A stretch of 64,000 nucleotides of DNA from Mobula birostris (lineage: Eukaryota): NCBI RefSeq assembly GCF_030028105.1, contig NC_092398.1:23389649-23453648 (forward strand), given 5' to 3'. Within the stretch, counting starts at the first letter, position 1. The number at the start of each line of letters is the position of its first letter. The notes below the pieces were generated by a model. The model worked only from the letters and a program-made list of their open reading frames with translations. It was not told where the DNA came from and made no database searches. Made by a program: the position numbers and the translations under genes. Positions 1 through 17,315 of the stretch are shown piece by piece.

Positions 1-61
1 TGTCAAGAGGTGCGGTATCGTATTGTTGAACGGTGCCATTAGGACTTCCCCCCACGTTTAC

Positions 62-233
62 CAGACGATTCCTTCTCCTTGGCCCACTGCAGGTTGAAAA
101 TTGAGGTGGCCACGCCGCGGGACATCACGGGGCAGCGCTGAGCGTAGACAGCCAGCGAGGGTCCCGCCTTTTGCATGAAGATCCAAGGAACTCGGAGCAG
201 AAAGGGGCAGGTGTGGGCGAAGAACCCCATCAT
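62..233 (-). CDS. ALAS2: Erythroid 5-aminolevulinate synthase, first coding exon (exon 2 = 62..243; ATG at 233..231). Encodes the mitochondrial presequence. The gene continues left of the window.
   Basis: Translates MMGFFAHTCPFLLRVPWIFMQKAGPSLAVYAQRCPVMSRG..., an ALAS presequence with two CP heme-regulatory motifs (compare ALAS1 [29 protein letters not shown]). Acceptor ttttgcag ends at 244 and a phase-1 donor gtaaac occupies 61..56. The upstream exon carries an ALAS2-type IRE. Confidence 0.85.
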
Positions 234-279
234 CAGCTCTGACCTGCAAAACAAAGGCACGGAAATTGGAACCAAGTGA

Positions 280-427
280 CTAGTGTGTGCGTGACTGCGT
301 GAAAGTGATTGCGAGTCTGTGTGAGTCTGCGTGTGATTGTAGTCAGTATGAATGTGCGTAAGTGAATGAGTGTATGTGTGATCTCAATGTCTGAAAGTCT
401 GAAACTGTGTATGACAGAGTGTGAGTG

Positions 428-461
<34 letters not shown>

Positions 462-1001
462 ATCGTGTGTGTGTGAATGATTGTGTGTAAGTGAGTGAGT
501 GTGAGAGTGTGTATGAGTTTGTGTGTGTGGGTGTGTTTGTGTGTGTGAGTGAGTGTGAATGAGTGTTTGTTAGGATCAGGTTTGTTATCACTGAAAAATA
601 TATGTTGAGAAATATGTTGTTTTGTGGGAGCAGTACAGTGCCATATTGAAGTTACTATGGTAAACAAACAAACAAACAAACAAACAAACAGATAGTGAGA
701 TAGATCAATAAATAAATAGCGCCAATTAAGACTAGTGTGGTTGATTATCCGTTCAGAAACCTGATGGCGATGTTCCTGAAACGTTGACTGTGTGCTTTCA
801 GGCTCCTGTAACTCCTCCTTGGTCACAGCAATGTGAAGGGGACATGTCTTGAGTGATGGGGGTCCTTAATGATGGTGCCGCCTTTCTGAGGCACCACGAT
901 TTGAAGCTGTCCTCGCTACTAGTGCTCATGATGGAGCAGGCTTGAGTTTACGACCCTTTGTAGCCTCTTGTGATCCTGTGTGTGTGCATATGTGTGTCTC
1001 A

Positions 1002-1046
<45 letters not shown>

Positions 1047-1130
1047 TCAGTCTTCGTGTGCGTGTGTGTGTGCGTGTGCGTGCGTGTGTGCTTGTCTCAG
1101 TCTGTGTGTGTGTGTCTCAGTCTGGTCTGT
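280..1130. repeat. (TG)n-rich and (AAAC)n microsatellites (about 280-570, 662-689, 975-1125)
   Basis: Seen directly; these generate the spurious HT/CV-rich ORFs. Confidence 0.9.
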
Positions 1131-2619
1131 ATCCCATAAGACTATAAGATATAGGAGCAGAATTAGGCCTTTTGGCCCAGTGAGTCTGTCCGCCATTTCA
1201 TCATGCCTGATCTATTTCCCTCTCAGCACCAATGTCCAACTTTCTGTCCATAATCTTGGATGCTCTGATAAGTCTCTTCCTTAAATATACTGAATGAGTT
1301 GGCCTCCACAGCCACCAGTAGCAAAGAATTCCAACGATTCATTACTCTCTGGCTGCAGAACCACCCCCCACCCCCACCCCTCATCTCCGTTATGAAAGGA
1401 CAGACCTCTATTCTGAGGCTAGGGTCTCTGGTCTTAGACTCCCCACCATAGAATGCACCCTCCAGTCTCCACAATTACTCTTTCGAGGTCCTTCAACATC
1501 CGGTAGGTTTCAATGAGACCGCCCTCACCCCCGTCATTCTTTTGAGATCCGTCGAGTACAAACTCAGAGACATCAAACGCTCCTCATAGTAATAATAATA
1601 ACCATATATGATACGTCTTTGAATCCCGGTATACTTATATGCGTTTGTGTGTGTGTATTTGTATCCCTAAGTCTGTGTGTTTGTTTTGTGTTGATATGTG
1701 TGTGTGTATGCTTTCCCCAGCATGCGTGGCCTTGTCTCTGACTGTAAGTGTGTGTGTGTGTGTGTGTGTACGCGCGCGTGCGCGCGCTCGTCCGTGTGCA
1801 CGAGGAGTCTTCATACGTCTCTCTGACCCTGTGGGTGGTGGAGGGGACCTAGTTCGGGGAGTCGGACCTCTGACCAGAGAGATCGACGACGGGGCCTCAA
1901 AAGAGGCACTGGGGCAGTGAAGAACACACCACCCCATGAAAGGGTCTTCAGTACTGAATCCGTACCCTTCCTCCCTCCAGCCGAATAACACCTTCACATC
2001 TAACCCTCAGGGAAGAAGGGTCACTCTCACATCTAGACATTCAAGCTGATTTATCTTACGCATTTAAACTAATTCCAATTGAATGGCCCCCACCCTCCAG
2101 GTTACGCTCTCTTCTCGCTGCTACCATCAGGAAAGAGGTCCAGGAGCCTTAGGTCCCACACCACCAGGTTCAGGAACAGTTACTACCCTTCAATCTTTGA
2201 ACGCACAACGCATCGAGCCTTGAAGTAGATGGGCTACAGCGGTGGAAGGCTACGCCGGGTTCCACGCTTGCACCTAATCAAGTGGCCATTGATTGTAGAA
2301 CGAGCTGCCAGATGAAGTGCTTGAGAGAGGTACATTAATAACGTCAATGTTAATAGCAATTGGACAGATACATGGATAGGGAGGGATACATAATAAGAAA
2401 GGGTTAGACACTAATAAACTGCCCAGCGGCCAGTGTCAAACCGTCAGGCATCAGACTTTGGAGGGATATGGGCTAAACGCGCGAAAATAGGACTAGCTTA
2501 AATGGGCATTTTGGTTGGCATGCGCTCGTTGGGCCGAATGACATGTTTTTATGCTGTGACTCTGTCACTTTCTGACTCTTGTCTCTGGGTTGGAACTGTT
2601 GTGTACGAACAACCGTGTA

Positions 2620-2860
2620 GGATTGCAGCTGACAGGCACGCCCCTGACGCGGCGTCTGGGTGCCAGAGATAAGCCGAGACCCTCCACTACGCCCAGAGTT
2701 TGCCTGGATTCTGCCGAAGGTTTCGGCCAGTGAGAGAGCTGCGGCCTGAATCCGACCGATAGGGGTGAGCTGAGCGACTGGGGAGACTCGCGGCGGCCAA
2801 TCGCGTCTTGCAGCGTCGCTGTCGTCAGTCAGAGAGGCCGCTCGGGAGATAACCGGTCCT
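2620..2860. promoter_or_regulatory. Candidate GATA1/TAL1 enhancer in ALAS2 intron 1
   Basis: E-box cagctg at 2626-2631, composite CTG-N8-AGATAA at 2656-2672, second AGATAA at 2847-2852, all in a CpG-rich patch with no obvious repeat. Confidence 0.45.
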
Positions 2861-3375
2861 GCCAGATCAGCACGGACACAAGCCCTCTCGGCTCAACCTG
2901 TCAGTTCCGACCTCCCGAGCTTGTCCACTTGCCCGCGTTTCGCCCAACCCTTCCTATCCACGTACGTGTGCAAGAGCCTTTTAAACCACGTCCTCCGGCA
3001 GCTCGTTCCGCATACCCACCCATTACGTGTAAACGTTGCCTCTTTAACTTCTACCCTCTCCTCTTAAATCTGTGCCCGCTACTTTTAGACTTCCCTCCAC
3101 TGGGGAGAAAACTGTAACCTCCCTTCCCTTATCTAAACATCTCCTGATTTTTATAAACCACGAATTGCCTAATTCTACTCCTGTGCCTTGTGGTCTTAAT
3201 TACAATTGCAGTTCACACTTGACAGAACATATCTTGGTAGGCCAAAACACAGGCAAGTGGGACCAGCTCCCTGGTCGGCATTAGCGTGTTGGGCCGAAGG
3301 TCCTGTTGCTGTGCTGTTTGACTCTATAAATCTATACGTTAGCTCTGTACATTGTATACTGTTTTACATATCTGA

Positions 3376-3672
3376 TGTTGGCCAAGTGGTTAAGGCGTTC
3401 GTCTAATGATTCGAAGGTCGCTAGTTCGAGCCTTGGCTGAGGCAGCGTGTTGTGTCCTTGAGCAAGGCACTTAACCACACATTGCTCTGCGACGACACTC
3501 GTGCCAAGCTGTATGGGTCCTAGTGCCCTTCCCTTGGACAACATCGGTGGCGTGGAGAGGGGTGACTTGCAGCATGGGCAACTGCTGGTCTTCCATACAA
3601 CATTGCCCAGGTCTGTGCCCTGGAAACCTTCTAAGGCGCAAATTCATGGTCTTATGAGACTAATGGATGCCT
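3376..3672 (+). mobile_element. tRNA-derived SINE, copy 1 (other copies at 21842..22138 minus and 34651..34953 minus)
   Basis: Pol III A box tggccaagtgg at 3379-3389 and B box gttcgagcc at 3424-3432. The ~300-bp body recurs three times in the window. Confidence 0.8.
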
Positions 3673-5214
3673 ATATATATCTGAGAGGGAGTACTTTTTA
3701 TTTTTTTTCTGCCTACCCCTGACGGGACTAATTCTGGCCGCACAGGACGAGAAATGACCCCAACACGTACCGCAGTAATTGCAGAGCACAGGCACTGGGG
3801 GTGTGAACTGCTTGGGAACTAGCAGGGCAGTGGGTCTGTGGCCCACCCGGGACCGCAAGAGGTGACTCTTTTCCCTGCTGGTAGAAGCTGGAAGTTTTCT
3901 ACGGAGAGGACCGAGACTGCTTGCGTCACGGCCAGGCATGGAGGGTCTAATTCACAGCTTCGCATGAGACCTTACAGGGTTGTAGACTTATCGCGGGCCA
4001 CAACCCCTCCCCACCGTCGGGGACATCTTCAAGAAGCGATGCCCCAAGAGTGCAGCGTCCGTCACTAAGGACCCTCCCCATTCAGGGCACGCTGTCTACA
4101 CGCTACTGCCGTCGGGGAAGACCCGCACTCAACGACTCAGGAACAGTTTCTTCCTCTGAACTTTCCATGAACCCATGAACACTAACTCACGACTCTTCTT
4201 TCACTATCTATCTATTTATTTTTGTGATTTATAGTTCACAACGTACGTCAGTAATATCAAGTTTGGTTCTGATTCGGAATATCAGCGATATCCTGCAGGG
4301 GCCAGTGAAACGCCAACATAACGGTAGCTGCACTCCGGGCTCCGGATTCCCTCACTTCACTGACTGCCAGCTCAGACAACCCTCTCCCCCGCCCTCTGAG
4401 TCGGCAGCTTCAGCGCAAGGGGGTTGGGGTGTGCGTGGGTGAAGCCCTGAGCAGCCTGCAGCCCTAAGGTACGCCCCCTTCATAGCCCTTATCCTGTGGC
4501 AAGGCAAAACCCCCACCACGACCGGGAGTCACTCTGTGCCTGTCTGGATAACTGCCTGTAAGGGCCTTCCAAAGGGTTAAATGAGCTCTAACGCGTTAAT
4601 AACGACTCGACTGACCAATCGAACCGTTCACCGCAAATGACGTAGTCTCCTACACGGAGTGGTAGAGTCACACGGCATGGGAATAGGACCTTCGGCGGTC
4701 GTTTGGCCACTTGTATCAGTAGTCCCAAATAGGACTATCTTGGGACCAGCTCCTTGGCCGACTTGGACGAATGGGCGCGAAGGGTCTGTTCCGATGTTTT
4801 TGATTCTATGACTATGCGCTCTTAAGGGAACTGCTATTCTGTATATCTGAGGGGATTTGCTTTTGCCTGCTACTAACTGGGCTAATTCTGGTGTGTCGTA
4901 CAGGACGAGAAACGGTCCCAGTACGCACAGTTATTCTGGTGCACATGCACCGGGAGTGGACTGTGTGGGGACACGCTGACTACACGACCTAATCCTACTC
5001 GCTCGCATTTGCCCCCCTCACATCCCTCTGAACCTGTCCTATCCACCCACTTGTTCAAGATGTTTAAAGTATTGTTAACGCACCCGCCTCAGCCGCCTGC
5101 TCTGGCAGCTCGTTCCACACACCCGGCACCCTCTTGGTGAAGAAGCTGCCTCTCGGGTCGGGTTCACTTTGAACCTGTTGTAGACTCCCCGAATTTGGGG
5201 GTGGGGTGGCTGTC

Positions 5215-5600
5215 GGGCTGGAGATACACCTCTATCAAAGGAGGTGTAAGGCGCTGCTTCCTTCCGCTAGCCTGCAGGTCACCCTTGGGCGAGGTGTAGC
5301 GCCTGCTTAGCAAATCCCCGCTCCCCGCACACACCATTCAGGGTCACCTGAGGCCGTGGGAGTAGGTGGTCGATGGTCGTATGAGCAGCCGGTGCACATC
5401 ACAAGTCCTGATTATTCGACAACTGACGCCGGGCAGACAACCTCTGAAGATTATTGATAATGGCTGGGGTCACCCGCTTTGTAAAGACACTGCCCAGGAG
5501 AAGCCAATGGCAAACCACTTTTGTAGAAAAATGAATTGTCAACAACCACCATGGTCATGGAAAGACCACGGTCCCCTACGTCAAATGACACAGCACATAA
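5215..5600 (+). mobile_element. Non-autonomous retroposon with an RTE/BovB-like tail (other copies at about 34390-35090, 38190-38595, 45315-45705, 59290-59720)
   Basis: Recurrent ~400-bp element. The 3' motif gaagaa(g)gcaatggcaaaccact resembles RTE/Bov-A tails, and some copies end in (tga)n. Confidence 0.55.
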
Positions 5601-5880
5601 CGACCGAAAGAACCCCTGGGGGGTGGAGGGGGTAGACCGTGACCTTATCGAAGCCCCTTACCGTTTTAATAAACCTCTGTAATGTCATCGCTCCAGCGGA
5701 AAATATCCCAGCCCTGTTCAGCCTCTCTTTATAACTTAAGCCCCCACTCCCATCCTGGTAACATCTGTTCCTGAGCCCCTTCCAGCTTCGGGGACGCCCT
5801 TGCTAGATCTGGGCGACCAGACCTCTACTCAAAGCTCCCTAAGTGCGGCCTCACCGCCGCCCCGTGCCGTTGAAGCATAC

Positions 5881-5975
5881 CTGGAGGAGGAATCAAAGAT
5901 TCGCTTCGCGATCTCTTCTTGTCAGTCTCTTGTTGTCCTACACTGAGGACGAACATTCAACATTGGGACGGTGGG
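5881..5975 (-). other. ALAS2: ALAS2 exon 1 (5' UTR, non-coding); TSS position approximate
   Basis: Contains the IRE and ends at a ccag|gtatgc donor (gtatgc at 5880..5875). Gives an intron 1 of about 5.6 kb to the acceptor at 244. Confidence 0.75.
5931..5955 (-). promoter_or_regulatory. ALAS2: Iron-responsive element (IRE) in ALAS2 non-coding exon 1
   Basis: Minus strand reads UGUU-C-GUCCU-CAGUGU-AGGAC-AACA: 4-bp lower stem, bulged C, perfect 5-bp upper stem, CAGUGN loop. Nearly identical to the mammalian ALAS2 IRE (GUUCGUCCUCAGUGCAGGGCAAC). Confidence 0.93.
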
Positions 5976-6155
5976 GTTTTCAACGATGACTAGTTGTTTT
6001 CGATGGGGGTGGGGTACCCTTTTCCCTCGAGCAGGGATTGGTTCTCCGCAGAGGCTGGAACGGCAGAGATAAAGAGGTGGGGACAGCGGATAGAGGCGAG
6101 CAGTGCCCTGGTCGAGAGAGGATAAGGCTGATGAGGAGAAGGTGGGGGAGGGGGT
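5976..6155 (-). promoter_or_regulatory. Erythroid-type ALAS2 promoter
   Basis: CACCC/KLF1 box (gggggtgggg at about 6005-6014), CCAAT on the minus strand (gattgg 6036-6041), AGATAA at 6067-6072 and a second GATA at about 6120-6126. Confidence 0.6.
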
Positions 6156-7346
6156 GTTCTCGGTGTTTAAGATTAGCGAGGCGAATTCGTTCCAGGGCAG
6201 AGGGAGGGACTTGCAGTTGGTTAAGAAGGCTGCTCAGTTTGTTGGAGAGGCAGCGAGTACAGCCTCTGCTTTCCAGTGGTGGAGACCCGGGTTCGATGCC
6301 CACCTTCGCCGTTGTGGTCGCGCGCGCGCGTGTGTGTGTGTGTGTGTGTGTGTACCAAATGGTCAATGTCCGTAACTGCTGGTCAATTTTGTATAAAAAC
6401 GGCATTTCTCTGTTTAGACTTCAGAACAGTGTGGGTGATAGGGCCGGGCTGCTTCCCTCGCGCGAATAAATAAAGCGTGATTGAGGAACGTCTGCGAGCT
6501 TGTCAAAGTCCGCTTAATCGGCGACGGCACCTCTGCTTCACTGTGATGCGGCTGCAAATAGCATTTTGATTGTTCCTGCACCTCACCGTGCTTGTGAGCC
6601 ACCCTGAGGCGGTGTGGGAGAGACCAGAGGCGCGCAGGAATCCCTGCTGGGTTGCGCGCTGGCCCCTGCAGGTGCTGCCCTCCAGCGTTCGCACCCTAGA
6701 AGCGCAGCTGCATTGCCCTCATCTGTGTTTGACCCAGCGGGCAATGTGAATTTCCTGAGCGCTTGTTCTCGCACACACACGCGACAACAGGACAACGCCA
6801 CATGTACCTTGAACCTTCAGACTCAAGGACTTGTGCTAATATTATTTTGTGACTGTATGAGCTATCGTAACTTTATGTGCGGTGTGCTGTGTGTGACTGT
6901 GCATTGCACCTTGGCGGCGGAGGACCGATATTTCGTTTAGCTGTTTACACGTGTATGGTTTGAATGACAATTAAATTTGATTTTGATTTTGATTTGTTTT
7001 GGCACGTGACAGTAAACATATATTGTTGCAAGTCAACATGCATCGTCAGGAAGGGCAGAGGTTCCCGACCTAAGGTCCACCGACCCCTCGGTTAATAGTA
7101 GGTGGCCACGGCATTAAGAAAGTTTGGGAACCCCTGAATTAGGGAAAGTAATGTGACTGCGCGCGAATTTAAGTAGAATATCAGAAGCACCTCGCTTCCT
7201 TTACACTTGAGCAGGGAACCGACATATCTCGGGGTGGGCGGCAGGGCTGTCGATGTGCATAATACACCTTCTCGCAGTGAGCCCAAGGGTTTTCCCCGGG
7301 TTCGCCGATTTCCTCCCACGTTCGAACGAGTGTTGGGGTGATGGGA

Positions 7347-7389
<43 letters not shown>

Positions 7390-8353
7390 GGGGGGGGGGG
7401 ATATGAAGTGGGTCTTGGTAGGATTAGTGTACCAGCGGGTACTAGATGATGGGAGTAGATTTGAACAGTGGAAGGCCCCGTTTCTGGGATAAGCAACGAT
7501 GAAACCTGCATTCGTCATACAGGCGGCATAGGGGATGCAGTGATGTTAGAACACAGGACAGTACGGGCCCTTCACAAATAGCTGGAGTCCTAGACCTGAT
7601 CCCATGCTTGGCTACGATCATTTTAATTCCATTAAAATAATCCTGGTTTGTCAATTATCACAGGATCATTGAAACTGGGAAAACAGCACAGTTAATGCCC
7701 AGGTTCCTGTTTCCAGTCACCGTCCCTGTCCCTGCAATAATCTGTCCTGCCTTCGGCCCAGCATATAGGTGCAATCCTAAGGAAGGCGTACCAAGATCTT
7801 TGCCTTGTTAGGGCTGGTCACCTAACACTAACACTTCTACAGCTGTACTCTTGAAAGTATCCTGAAAGGCTGTATCGTGGTCTGCTTCTGCAATTCGAAT
7901 GCGCAGAAACGAAAGAAGCTGTAGAGAAGAGTAGTGGACTCAGCCCGTTCCCTCTCCCTGCCATGAGGACCGCAACGTTGTCGTGGATTGAAAGCTTGCG
8001 TACCACGACGACCCAGAGAGCTATGTCGGCTGGAGTCAGGGCTTATGCCAAACAGGTCAAAGGGCCGAAAAACCTACTAACATAGCGTTTTTGAAATATG
8101 GGAGGAAACCGGAGCTCCCAGAGAAACCTCACGTAGTCACGAAGTGAACACACAAACTCCTTAGAGACAGCGGCAGAAATTGAACCCTGGCCGCTGGCGC
8201 TGTAATAGCGTTAGGCTACCGTGACGCCAATAAAATAATCTACCCCACACCAGCCCGCGCAAGTATTTCAAACAGCCATCAAGCTGTTGTGGCTTTAAGA
8301 ATACAATACTCAGCTACAGTCAAAACAGAGTTTATTTCAGACATAAAATAAAA

Positions 8354-10133
<1,780 letters not shown>

Positions 10134-11540
10134 CTGTGTGTGGGGAAAGATCACAGAACGGGAGGATTATAGGCGATATTTACAATCCGCTTAATGCATT
10201 ACGGGGGGTTGGGGGGAGAGACAGCGTTGAGGACCTACTATTACATCCGTGCACCTATCCAAACTTCTCAAACACTAAAGGGGAGCTCGCATGCGCCACT
10301 TGCGTCTCCTCCTCCGTAATCTGTATAGGGTCCGTAACCTCACTTTTAAACACTCTGCCCGTCTCCAGAATAAATACAAATGGGAAAAAAATCGCAACTA
10401 GACTATAGCGATTATTAGGGAGCTCATCGATTGTTTAAGGTTGAATGGTCCGATGATTTATCGAGATGGGTGCTGTTCCTGCAATATTGGAGACTGGCCG
10501 GATGGTTGGGCAGAGGTTTAAAATGCCACGAGAATGTATATATAAACTGGACGGCCCTTTTCACCCGGGGGGGGGGGGGTTGTAGAACCTCAGGGTGTAG
10601 GTTTCAGGTGAAAAGGTAAAGTGGTTTGAGGGGCAAATCTATCCAGACAGAGGGTGGTGGAGATGTGGAACGAGCTGCCAGAGCAGGCGGGTACCATTAC
10701 AACGCTTAAAATGAATCTGCACAGGAACATGGTTAGGAAGACTCTGGAAGGAAATGCTTTGCAAGGATAAGAACCGGAATCCCGGCTGCATAGCTGGCAA
10801 TGAAGATAATTATGCTCGAGGTAATTGCGTGACGGCACCAGCCGAATTTGAAGAAGGAATATCCACAACTATTAGAATTAAAGCTGGATAAATGGCGATG
10901 GAGTACGAAGCAATGTTTGAAAGGTCTGCGAGGGGATGGATAGAGATGCTCCTTAGCAAGTGATCAGCAGCATTGACTCTTTCCATTCGCCACCGGTGCC
11001 GCCGTTACCCAGGGAATCAGACACCCGTTTTGTTTTCCCTGCGCGGTCTCTCAGTGCGCCCTGCCCTCCCATCGCCGGGTCGTTTTGGATCTCCTGGAGC
11101 TTGGAGACACGCAGTACATTTCCATTCCCCGGAGATCAGCCCGCCTTCTCGTCCCCGCACGGCTCGGTCCCCGCTCCCGCGCCCGGCACTGAGGATGAGC
11201 CCGAGACTGAACTCCGAGTTCATTAAAGGAGGGGAAACATCTGACTACAGCTGACGGCTTTTGGGAGTAAAGGATTGTGCGACTAAAGGGTTCTGAGACT
11301 AAATAATCAATCTGAAGCTACTAGATGACATTTGATCTGCTTGAATCGACATGGATTAATAAAGAAGTGCAGATGTTGGGCAAACACATTGGCTGGTTTA
11401 TTTTAACGGGAGTTGGATTTAATTGGCAACAGTTTGCTGATTCTTGGTTTAATTTGGAGCTATTTCTTCCTGGTGCACTGAGGTGGGGGAGGGGCTGGAG
11501 AGCCGTCCGCTGTTAATTGATCTGCGCTTTCCACGACGGA

Positions 11541-11666
11541 CCAATCAGCAACGGGCACCATCGAATTTTGTGTGTTACGCTTCCCGTGGAGACCGCGGCC
11601 CCTTTGTCCTCGCTGGCCAATCGGAGGTCGGGCGAACGCCAACGTTCTATTCCCGGGGACTATAAA
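11541..11666 (+). promoter_or_regulatory. Promoter of tubulin B
   Basis: CCAAT at 11541 and 11617; TATAAA at 11661-11666, 55 bp before the ATG. Confidence 0.75.
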
Positions 11667-11720
11667 GGGACCGATTAGCGCCGCGCGCCGCCACTGCGAG
11701 AACTGCTCGAAGAAAGCAAA

Positions 11721-14251
<2,531 letters not shown>

Positions 14252-16249
14252 GATTTAGTAATTTAGAAATTGAAGGTTTAATTATGTTCAATATATTGTT
14301 ATATACAGTATCATACTTAAGTTAATAAAAGTGTTTTAAGTAATGTTTGTTCCGATTTTTTTTATTTGTTGGGCTTGGAGAACTCGGGTAAGGTGGTGAT
14401 TTTTTTATTAACAAAGTATACTTTATTCAAAAATAAGGTTATGCATAATAATCCATTCAATAACTGTCAATCCTTTACAGACGTTTCCACTATATTCTAT
14501 ACATTTCCACACTTTCAGTCACTCACGTGGCCCTCTTGTTTCATCTTTACACACCATTGTAGAGGGGTTCTCCCCGCCACCCGACCTCTCCCACTCCCGC
14601 GGGAGAAGGACCCTAAACCGTGGTCCTTCCTCACTGGGCTCTTGCGGTGGCTGCTCCAAGTTTCAGTGCGTTCCTCAGCACACAGGTGGTGAAATGGGTA
14701 AACGCAAATAACATGAGAATGTACTGAGTGCGGCCATTAGTGGCTCAAGTTCGCGTCAGATGCGCAGTGGCCACTTTATTGCAAATATCTAATCAGCCAA
14801 TCACGAGGCAGGAATGCAACGCATAAAATCATGGAGCCATTGAGACGTTGCTTTTTTTTTAGCAGCGACCAATCGGAGGTCAGGTTTGCCGATTGAGTAG
14901 AAAGGGCAGGGACTCGCGGTAGTTTTGTCCAGCGGCCAATCAACGTTCAGGATTGATCGGCAACAACAAATTAAAATACGACAGGGGCTAGCGGAGCTAC
15001 TATCGTGGGAGTGGACACAGTTATAGTGGGGATCTAGAGCCTTTAGCTTTTCGAGGCTCCAGTGAGAAGCTTGATTGAGAGAAAGCGAAAAGCTGTGGGC
15101 AGATGTTAAACCCCCGCCCCCCACGACAGCTTTTGAAATTGTTTTTCCTTCTCGATAGTTGATTGCTTCTGTTGCGCTATGTGGGAAGGCAGGGAGACCT
15201 CCAGTTTTCCTGACGATTACGTCTACGAGAGGTCCATCCAGCAGCAGCTTCTAACACTCCGCGCTAAGGAGTTGGAACTGGAGCTGATGAAATCCGGACC
15301 ATTCGGGAGACTGAAGCGGTGACCAGATAGGACATATGGGGAGGCAGTTACACCCAAGATGCCGGACATGGGAATCTGGGTGACTGCCAGGAAGGGGAAA
15401 GGCTTTAAGCGGCCAGTGCAGTGTTACCTTTGTGGCCACCCCGCTCAACAACAGGTATACCACTTTGGATGACCCAGCAGAGGAAAGTCACGGCGGTCGG
15501 GTCTCTGGCTCTGTGACTCGGAAGGCAAGGGAGAGAAGAGGCGAGTTGATGGTAATAGGGCGTCCGTTACTTAGGGGAAGAGAAAGGGGGTACCGTGGAA
15601 GAGAATAAAATTCCTAGATCGTAGATTGCCTTCCAGTGCCAAGGACGGAACATCTCGGGTCGAGCCCTCGGCATGCTTAATCGGGAGGGTGAGCAGCCAG
15701 AGGACGTGATCCATGTAGTTACCAATGACATAGGTAGGTTGAGTCAGGAGCTTCTGCAAAGTGAGTTCCGGGAGTTGGGTGCCAAGTTAAAGGGCAGGAT
15801 CTCCACGGTTGTCATCTCAGGATTGCTACCCGTGCCATGTGCTAGTGAAGCTGGAACCGGGAAGATTATACAGTTTAATACGTGGCTAAAGAGTTTGTGT
15901 GGGAGGGGGCATAAGAATTTTGGATCATTAGGCTGTCTTCCAGTGAAGACAGGAACTGGAGGGGACGGTTGGCACCTAACCTGGAACAGGACTAATATCC
16001 TAGCGGTGAACGTGCGGGGGGGAAGCGGGTGGAGAGGAGTGGTTTAAATTAGAGTTGTAGGGGGTTGGGAACCAGAGGTCAAGAACAGTTAGCGGAGAAG
16101 TTGTAAAGAAAGGTGGTGTTCAGACCTCAGACAAAGTTTGGAATCAAAAGGTTGAGCATGGTGCAACATGTCCTGAGCTGCGTATATTTCAGAACAAGAA
16201 GTATCGTAGGAAAAGCAGATGACCTCAGCGTATGGGTCGGCACGGAGAG

Positions 16250-17315
16250 TCATAGGGCCATAGAACAGTACAGCACAGAAACAGGCCATCCGGTCCATCC
16301 AGTCCATGCCGAAACCTTTTAGCCTACTCTACCTACTCCCATCAACCTGTACAGGGACTATAAACTTCCACACCCCTACCATCACTAACCAGGCTCCTCT
16401 TAAATGTTAAAATCGAGCTCGCATACACCACTTGCGCTGGCAGCTCGTTCCACAGTATGTTCAACTTAAACTTTTCACCTTTCACTCTAAACCCGTGACC
16501 TCTAGTTGTAGTCCCACCCAACCTCAGTGAAAAAAAAAAGCTTGGTTGCACTTACTCTTTCTATATCTCTCATACACTTGTACATCTCTATCAAATCTCC
16601 TCCCGATCTCCTACGTTACAAAGAATGAAGTCCTAACCTATTCAACCTTTCCTTATAACTCAGGTCCTCCAAACTCGGCAACATTTTTGTAAATTTTCTC
16701 TGTATTCTTTCAACTTTATTTACATCTTTCCTGTAGGTAGGTGACCAAAACTGTAACACAATACTCCAGATTAGGCTTCGTCATTGTCTTACACAACTTC
16801 AACATAACATCCCATCTCCTGTACTCAGTACTTTGATTTATCAAGGCCAATGTGCCAGAAACTTTCTTTATAACACTAGCTACATGTGATGCCACTCGCA
16901 ACGAATTGTGGGCCTGAATTCCCAGATCCCTTTGTTCTGCCGCACTCCTCAGAGCCCGACCGTTCACTGTGTAAGACCTACCCTGGTTGGTCCTGCCAAG
17001 TACCACACCTCGCACTTGTCGGTATTATATTCCATTTGCCATTTTCAGTCCATTGTTCTAGCTGATCCAGATCCCTCTGCAAGCCATGATAGCCCTCCGC
17101 GCTGTCCACTACACTCCAGATCTTGGTGTCATCCCCAAATATCCTATTCAAGTTAAGCACATTATCATCCAGATGGTTGATAAAGATGACAAGCAACAAT
17201 GGACAGATCACCGGTCCCTGCGGCACTCCACTAGTTACAGGCCTCCAGTCAGAAAGGCAGCCGCTTACGGCTACTCGCTGGCTTCTCCCACAACGCCAAT
17301 GCCTAATCCAATTTA
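16250..17315 (-). mobile_element. CR1 LINE 3' fragment (RT C-terminus), nested
   Basis: WRPVTSGVPQGPV...IFGDDTKI and LEYCV motifs; CR1-type 3' tail at about 16250. Confidence 0.8.

Noticed and set aside
233-1284. His/Thr- and Cys/Val-rich ORFs
   Set aside because: Translations of (CA)/(TG) microsatellites.
3376-3450. tRNA gene
   Set aside because: A and B boxes are followed by a shared ~230-bp non-tRNA body in three dispersed copies; it is a SINE head.
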